Assembly (NCBI GenBank): GCA_964291395.2
Contig: OZ219856.1
Span: forward strand, 1,120,001-1,184,000
Length of the DNA stretch: 64,000 nt
Direction of reading: 5' to 3'
DNA from: Alphaproteobacteria bacterium
Lineage (GTDB): Bacteria > Pseudomonadota > Alphaproteobacteria > UBA2966
Shown here: one piece after another, positions 58,886-64,000 of the stretch
Layout of the letters: each line of letters starts with the position of its first letter
Numbering within the stretch: position 1 is the stretch's first letter
Notes under the pieces: generated by a model
Databases searched by the model: none
What the model was told of the DNA's origin: nothing
What the model saw: only the letters and a program-made list of their open reading frames with translations
Position numbers and translations under genes: made by a program

Positions 58886-59740
58886 ATGAAGGCTCGCTGG
58901 GACCTCATACTCGTACCGTCGTTCGTCCTGAGCTTCGTGCTCATGGCGGCGTCTCAGATCATTTTCCTGCGCGCGAGCTTCTACAAGGACCTGGGGCTGG
59001 GGCGCCAGGGCGAGGACATCGTCTTCACCAACTACGGCCGGTTCTTCACGGACGAGTTCTATCTCAACGTGCTCTGGTTGACGATCCAGGTGTCGTTCCT
59101 GGCCATGCTGTTTACCCTGGTGTTCGGCTTTCCGGTCGCCTACATGATCGCGCGGCTGCGCTCCCGCTGGGCGATGGTCCTCCTGGCGGGGATCGTGATC
59201 TCGACCTTCATCACGATCGTGATCAAGGTGTTCGGCATCTACATCATGTTCTCGGCCAGCGGCATCGTGAATCAGACGTTGATGGGGCTCGGCATTCTCG
59301 ACAAGCCGTGGACGGTGATCGGCAACGAAGCCGGCGTGGTGGTCGGCCTCATGCATTTCACGCTGGGGTTCGGCGTGCTCGTCCTGTACAGCGTCGTGCA
59401 GACCATACCGCGGTCCCTCGAGGAGGCCGCCCAGATCCACGGTTCCAATCGCTGGCGGGTGTGGGCCCGCGTGATCATTCCGTTGAGCCTGCCCGGGGTC
59501 ACGGTTTCCGCCCTGATGATCTTCAACATGTGCATGGGCGCCTTCACTTCGGCCGCCCTGCTCGGCGGCGGGCGCGTCTTCACGCTGCCCGTGCTGATCC
59601 AGCGCGTGGTGATCATGGAGGTGAAGTACTCCATGGGGGGAACGTTGGCGGCCGTCCTGTTGATCTCCGTGCTGCTGATCAATCTGCTTTCGATCTATCT
59701 GATGACGCGCATGCGCAGGCAAAGGCTGGTGATCACATGA
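58886..59740 (+). CDS. ABC transporter permease (PotB-like)
   Basis: GFPVAY, EAA loop SLEEAAQIHGS, PLSLPG. Confidence 0.88.
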   Translation: MKARWDLILVPSFVLSFVLMAASQIIFLRASFYKDLGLGRQGEDIVFTNYGRFFTDEFYLNVLWLTIQVSFLAMLFTLVFGFPVAYMIARLRSRWAMVLLAGIVISTFITIVIKVFGIYIMFSASGIVNQTLMGLGILDKPWTVIGNEAGVVVGLMHFTLGFGVLVLYSVVQTIPRSLEEAAQIHGSNRWRVWARVIIPLSLPGVTVSALMIFNMCMGAFTSAALLGGGRVFTLPVLIQRVVIMEVKYSMGGTLAAVLLISVLLINLLSIYLMTRMRRQRLVIT

Positions 59741-60636
59741 CGGCTTCGACACCGCTGGCGACCACGGCCTCGAACGGCACCCGACCGCAGCCCCAGCGGC
59801 GGCCCGGGTTCCATTTCCCACTCGCCAAGGTTTCGTTCTACGGATTCTGCAGTCTCTCGTACATCTTCCTTCTGTCGCCCCTGGTCGTCGTCATCGGTGC
59901 GTCCCTTCACCGGGGGTCGCGTTACACGGTGGTCAAATTCCCGCCGGAAGAGCTCTCGCTCTATTGGTACACGCAGATCCCGGACGCTCACTGGGAAGCG
60001 CTGACGTTGAGCTTCAGCCTGGCATTCATGGCGTCCATTCTGGCTTGCATCGTCGGCATACCCGCCGCGCTGGGCCTGGTTCGGAGCAACCTTCCCGTCA
60101 AGGGTCTGTTCTCCTCGATCTTCCGGGCGCCCCTGCAGATTCCGTCGATCGTCACCGGCGTCGCCTTCCTGCAAATGTACTATCTGTTCGGCGACCTCAC
60201 GGGCATCTACGTGAACGGCACCTTTGCCGGCTTGCTGCTGGGACACCTGTTCGTCGGCATCCCCTATGTCGTGGGGACCGTCGGCGCCGTTCTGCAGCGT
60301 TTCGATACACGCCTCGAGGAGGCGGCGCTGAGTCTCGGGGCCGGCCGCATCACCACGTTCCGCCGGGTGACGCTTCCCGTCATCATGCCGGGCGTGTACG
60401 CTGGCGGGCTCTACGCCTTCATGGTCTCCTTCGGCGACGTGCCGATCTCGATCTTCCTGTCGGCGCCCGGGTTCGTCACTTTCCCGGTCGAGCTCTTCTA
60501 TGGAATGGAGAACGACTTCAACCCGTCCGTGCTCGCCTCGTCGACACTCGTCATCCTGTTTTCGCTCGGCCTGCTGCTGCTCATGCAGCGCATCGTCGGG
60601 CTCGAGAATCTGTTGCGCTCCGGTGGTGGCTCGTGA
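59737..60636 (+). CDS. ABC transporter permease (PotC-like)
   Basis: FPPEELSLYWY, LEEAALSLGA, VTLPVIMPG; ATG overlaps upstream stop. Confidence 0.88.
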   Translation: MTASTPLATTASNGTRPQPQRRPGFHFPLAKVSFYGFCSLSYIFLLSPLVVVIGASLHRGSRYTVVKFPPEELSLYWYTQIPDAHWEALTLSFSLAFMASILACIVGIPAALGLVRSNLPVKGLFSSIFRAPLQIPSIVTGVAFLQMYYLFGDLTGIYVNGTFAGLLLGHLFVGIPYVVGTVGAVLQRFDTRLEEAALSLGAGRITTFRRVTLPVIMPGVYAGGLYAFMVSFGDVPISIFLSAPGFVTFPVELFYGMENDFNPSVLASSTLVILFSLGLLLLMQRIVGLENLLRSGGGS

Positions 60637-60769
60637 GATCCGCCCCGCGGCGCAAACTGTAAGGCGGAGCCAGGCTCGTGCGGCCTCGCTGGTACGCGTT
60701 GCGTGGTAGGAAGGGCAAGCCTTCCGCGAGTACGAGAGCAAACCCATGATTGGGGAGGAGGAAGTCTAC

Positions 60770-61858
60770 ATGCATAGCTTGTTGAAACTATCGGCCGTGG
60801 CCGCGGCTGCCGGCGTCCTCATGATGACGGCGTCCGGTCCCGCCGCCGCCGGCGACCTGGACGGTCAGGACATCAAAGTCTGCACGTGGGGCGGGTCGTG
60901 GCGCGACATTCAGCGCGACAATGTCGTCACCAATCCGGGCGGTTTGGAGGAACGGGGTGCCACGGTCACGTTCGTGACCGGCAGTCCTCAGGACAATATG
61001 GCCAAGCTCATCGCGGCACGCGGTCAGCCGGTTTGCGACGTCATCGAGATTCTCGATGCCACGTGGGACCAGATGGTCGAACTCGACTTCGTCGTCGACG
61101 AACTGGACTTCAGCCTGCTTCCGAATGCCAAGCACCTGGCGGACTGGCAGATCGGCAAGAACTTCACCGGCTCCTGGTTCACCCAGGAAGGCATTTGCTA
61201 CAACGCCGAGAAATTCGCGGAGCACGGCATTCCCACGCCGACCACCTACAAGGACCTGATCCATCCGAAGCTCGAAGGCCTGATCCAGATTCCCGACATC
61301 ACCTCGGGCGGCGGCTTGGCCAACTTCGGCGGCATCGTGAAGGCGGCGGGCGGCGACGAGAACAACGTCAAGCCGGGCCTCGACCTCATCAACGCGATGA
61401 ATGTCAAGAAGTTCTGGAAGCGCGGCAGCGAAGGCGTCACCCTGCTGGAGAACGGCGACATCTGGGCGCTCATCTCGCACGTGGGATGGTGCATGCGCGG
61501 CCACAAGGCCGGACAGACCTATCTCAAGTTCGTGCACCCGATCATCGACGACGAGCATGTCGGGGTGAACAAGTTCGGGTTCCTCAGCATCGTCAAGAAC
61601 AGTCCCATGGAGGTTCGCGCCGCGGCGCATGCCTACATCAACGGGTATCTCGACGAGGAGACCCAGTTCCAGATGTCCTCTCGTGCCGGCACGATCCCGG
61701 TGAACGTCAACGCGCAGGCGCGCCTGGCCGAGGATCCCGTGCTTGCCGAGATGGCCGTGCTCGACGCGGAGGGCATCGCCATGGAGTATCGCGTCAAGTA
61801 CAAGGGCATCGATATCACGACCTGGAACGATCAGTGGAACCGCGCCGTCACCCAGTAG
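60770..61858 (+). CDS. ABC substrate-binding protein (PotD-like family)
   Basis: Signal peptide, TWGGSW, GICYN, PTTYKDL, WNDQWNR. Confidence 0.85.
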   Translation: MHSLLKLSAVAAAAGVLMMTASGPAAAGDLDGQDIKVCTWGGSWRDIQRDNVVTNPGGLEERGATVTFVTGSPQDNMAKLIAARGQPVCDVIEILDATWDQMVELDFVVDELDFSLLPNAKHLADWQIGKNFTGSWFTQEGICYNAEKFAEHGIPTPTTYKDLIHPKLEGLIQIPDITSGGGLANFGGIVKAAGGDENNVKPGLDLINAMNVKKFWKRGSEGVTLLENGDIWALISHVGWCMRGHKAGQTYLKFVHPIIDDEHVGVNKFGFLSIVKNSPMEVRAAAHAYINGYLDEETQFQMSSRAGTIPVNVNAQARLAEDPVLAEMAVLDAEGIAMEYRVKYKGIDITTWNDQWNRAVTQ

Positions 61859-61901
61859 GGCGATAGGCGGTTTCAAGCGTTAAGGACGGAGGAAGATCCA
61901 T

Positions 61902-62966
61902 ATGTCACGCGTCAACCTCGAACGGGTGGTCAAGCACTACGGGAGCGTCGTCGCGCTCCAGGAGATGGATCTTGAGATTCAGGAGGGTGAGTTTCTGACC
62001 CTTCTGGGTCCCTCCGGATGCGGGAAAACGACGACGTTGCGTCTCGTTGCCGGGTTCATCGAGCCCACCCAGGGCACGATCTACCTCGGCAACGACGACG
62101 TGACGTACGTCCCCCCGCAGAAGCGGGAAATCGGCATGGTCTTCCAGGACTATGCCCTGTTCCCGCACATGACGATCGCGGACAACATTGGCTTCGGCCT
62201 CAAGGAGCGTGGCGCCGGCAAGGAGGAGATCAGGAATCGCGTTGGCGAGTTGCTGGATCTGATTCATCTGCCCGGCGTCGAGGACCGCTATCCCGCCGAG
62301 CTCAGCGGCGGCCAGGCGCAGCGTGTCGCCGTGGCGCGGGCCGTGGCCTATGCGCCGCGCGTGCTCCTGATGGACGAGCCTCTCGGAGCGCTCGATCTCA
62401 AGCTTCGCGAGGCCATGCAGATTGAGCTTCGGCGCATTCAGCAGGAATTGAAGATCACGACGGTTTACGTCACCCACGACCAGGGTGAGGCGATGAACAT
62501 GTCCGACCGGATCGTGGTCATGAACCTCGGCCTGATCGAGCAGACGGGCAACGCCGAAGACATCTACAACAACCCGCGGACCAAGTTCGTCGCCGATTTC
62601 ATCGGCTCGATCAACTTCCTGCCGGCCACGATCGTAGGTGAAGAGGGAGAATGGACGGTTGCCGAAACGGTTGGGACGAGGGTCAAGGTGCCGAAAAGCG
62701 ACGCCTCCTCGTCGTCGGGTGAGGTGGCCATCGCCTTGCGGCCGGAACGTCTGGAACTGGTCGCCAACGGCGGTGACGGTATAAACATCGTGCCGGGCAC
62801 GATCTCCAACAAGATCTTCAACGGCAACCTCATGCGCGTTTTCGTAGATGTGGGCGCCGACGAGCCCGTCGTGGTCGAGCTTCCGCCCGCAGAGGTCCAC
62901 AGCGAGACAGGCGATTCGGTGAGCATCGGGTGGGCGCCGCAAAACGGCCAGGTTCTGACGGAATAG
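61902..62966 (+). CDS. ABC ATP-binding protein (PotA-like)
   Basis: GPSGCGKTT, FQDYALFPHM, LSGGQ, DEPLGALD, TOBE-like tail. Confidence 0.92.
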   Translation: MSRVNLERVVKHYGSVVALQEMDLEIQEGEFLTLLGPSGCGKTTTLRLVAGFIEPTQGTIYLGNDDVTYVPPQKREIGMVFQDYALFPHMTIADNIGFGLKERGAGKEEIRNRVGELLDLIHLPGVEDRYPAELSGGQAQRVAVARAVAYAPRVLLMDEPLGALDLKLREAMQIELRRIQQELKITTVYVTHDQGEAMNMSDRIVVMNLGLIEQTGNAEDIYNNPRTKFVADFIGSINFLPATIVGEEGEWTVAETVGTRVKVPKSDASSSSGEVAIALRPERLELVANGGDGINIVPGTISNKIFNGNLMRVFVDVGADEPVVVELPPAEVHSETGDSVSIGWAPQNGQVLTE

Positions 62967-63057
62967 TACTGTCGGGTGCCACGCTCTCCGGTTCGAGAGG
63001 GTATCTCGGGCCTGCCCGGACTGTCGCGCGGGTCGCAACAACGGATAGGGAGGTTCC

Positions 63058-63678
63058 ATGGTGGAGCAACGGGTCACGGTGAATCCGGGCGTCGTGGATT
63101 GGTCCGGTGAGAACCCTGGCATCTATCTGCGCGATGTCGATGACGGTCCGTGGGTGACTTTGGCCGTCTTTTTCCGGGTGACGATGTCTCCGTACGGCGG
63201 CGGTCACGCGATGCTGGTGCTCGACGAGCCCGATACCGGCAAGGGTTGGCCGGACGTTCGCAATTTCATCGTTAACGACAACGAGGAACTGACGCGTTAC
63301 CTGATTCGGGATTATGTCTCCGGATTCCCGTCGTTCCGCGACAAGCCGGGCCTGGAGGCGATGACTTATGTGCCTCTCGAGAGCGTGGCGTGCGCGGGCG
63401 ATCCGCAAACCGAATATTCGGAGACGGTGACGGCGGAGGGCCTGACCGCCACCATGACTTGGTCCGACACCATGGAGCCCATGGCGGTCGAGGTGACCCC
63501 GGAAACTTCCGCAACCGGCAAGCACGACATGTACAGCCTGTTCTTCGAGGCCAAGGAGGCGAAAATCGAAGTCAACAGCGAACGCCTCTCTGGAAATGTG
63601 TCGACCCGTCAGTTTTTCGGGAAAACCATGAGCACGGCCTTCCTGGCCTTTTCCGAGACCTGGGTGCGGCCGGCCTAG
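63058..63678 (+). CDS. Hypothetical protein
   Basis: GGAGG RBS, 206-aa ORF, paralog immediately downstream. Confidence 0.75.
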   Translation: MVEQRVTVNPGVVDWSGENPGIYLRDVDDGPWVTLAVFFRVTMSPYGGGHAMLVLDEPDTGKGWPDVRNFIVNDNEELTRYLIRDYVSGFPSFRDKPGLEAMTYVPLESVACAGDPQTEYSETVTAEGLTATMTWSDTMEPMAVEVTPETSATGKHDMYSLFFEAKEAKIEVNSERLSGNVSTRQFFGKTMSTAFLAFSETWVRPA

Positions 63679-63729
63679 CCGAGCCGGGACTGCAGCGGAC
63701 CCGCTAAGAAACCCGAGGGAGGAACTCAG

Positions 63730-64000
63730 ATGCCGTTGTCGACGCCGGTCAATCCGGGAAAGATTTGGTGGTCGGGCGACAATCCCGGGATGCTGTTGAA
63801 GGAATCCGAGGATGGGCCGTGGACGGCCATGACCCTGTTCTTCCGGATCGTGTACACGCCGGCGGGCCGGGGAAACGCGCTGTTCCTTTACGAGCAACCG
63901 AACTCCGGCGAAAGCCTTCCCAATGCCTACAACGTCGTACTGCACGACAATGAGGACATGGCCCGTTGGCTGGCCGAGAATTTCGTGGCCCGTCTCCCCG
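63730..64000 (+). CDS. Hypothetical protein, paralog of 63058..63678 (3' truncated by window edge)
   Basis: MPLSTPVNPGKIWWSGDNPGMLL...DGPWTAMTLFFR vs VNPGVVDWSGENPGIYL...DGPWVTLAVFFR. Confidence 0.75.
   Translation, partial: MPLSTPVNPGKIWWSGDNPGMLLKESEDGPWTAMTLFFRIVYTPAGRGNALFLYEQPNSGESLPNAYNVVLHDNEDMARWLAENFVARLP

Noticed and set aside
1-64000. CRISPR array, rRNA, prophage or defence genes
   Set aside because: No regularly spaced repeats, cas, rRNA-like or phage structural sequences recognised by eye

Overview
High-GC alphaproteobacterial (Rhodospirillales-like) chromosome segment. 1-11.9 kb is core genome (ribH-nusB-thiL, two MFS genes, hppA, bamE, Cbp3-like, DUF177-rpmF-plsX-fabH-ihfA-MerR-tRNA-Pro). 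The rest is accessory. Its centre (16.1-43.9 kb) is a fragmented proteusin/NHLP RiPP cluster: an 83-aa precursor with core LCCCW (as I recall, the core of the sponge-microbiome srp clusters), an E1-YcaO cyclodehydratase, a flavin-dependent Trp halogenase, NHLM-type export ABC transporters and an MMPL/LolA-like/beta-barrel module. Three unusual enzymes accompany it: an AlkB-type di-iron membrane enzyme fused to a GlnE adenylyltransferase-like domain, an NHLP leader fused to a class II terpene-cyclase-like domain, and a candidate ABBA-type prenyltransferase. Together they suggest (inference) a halogenated, thiazoline-containing peptide carrying a cyclised isoprenoid. The cluster is interrupted by a 3.3-kb block bounded by an IS3 remnant and a frameshifted ycaO 3' remnant; a diverged intact ycaO lies about 17.5 kb upstream. 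Flanking regions hold catabolic genes (three Rieske oxygenases, CoA-transferase pair, hydantoinase/oxoprolinase, enolase-family, OYE, SDRs) and a Pot-type ABC importer. All calls come from motif recognition by eye; no searches were run.
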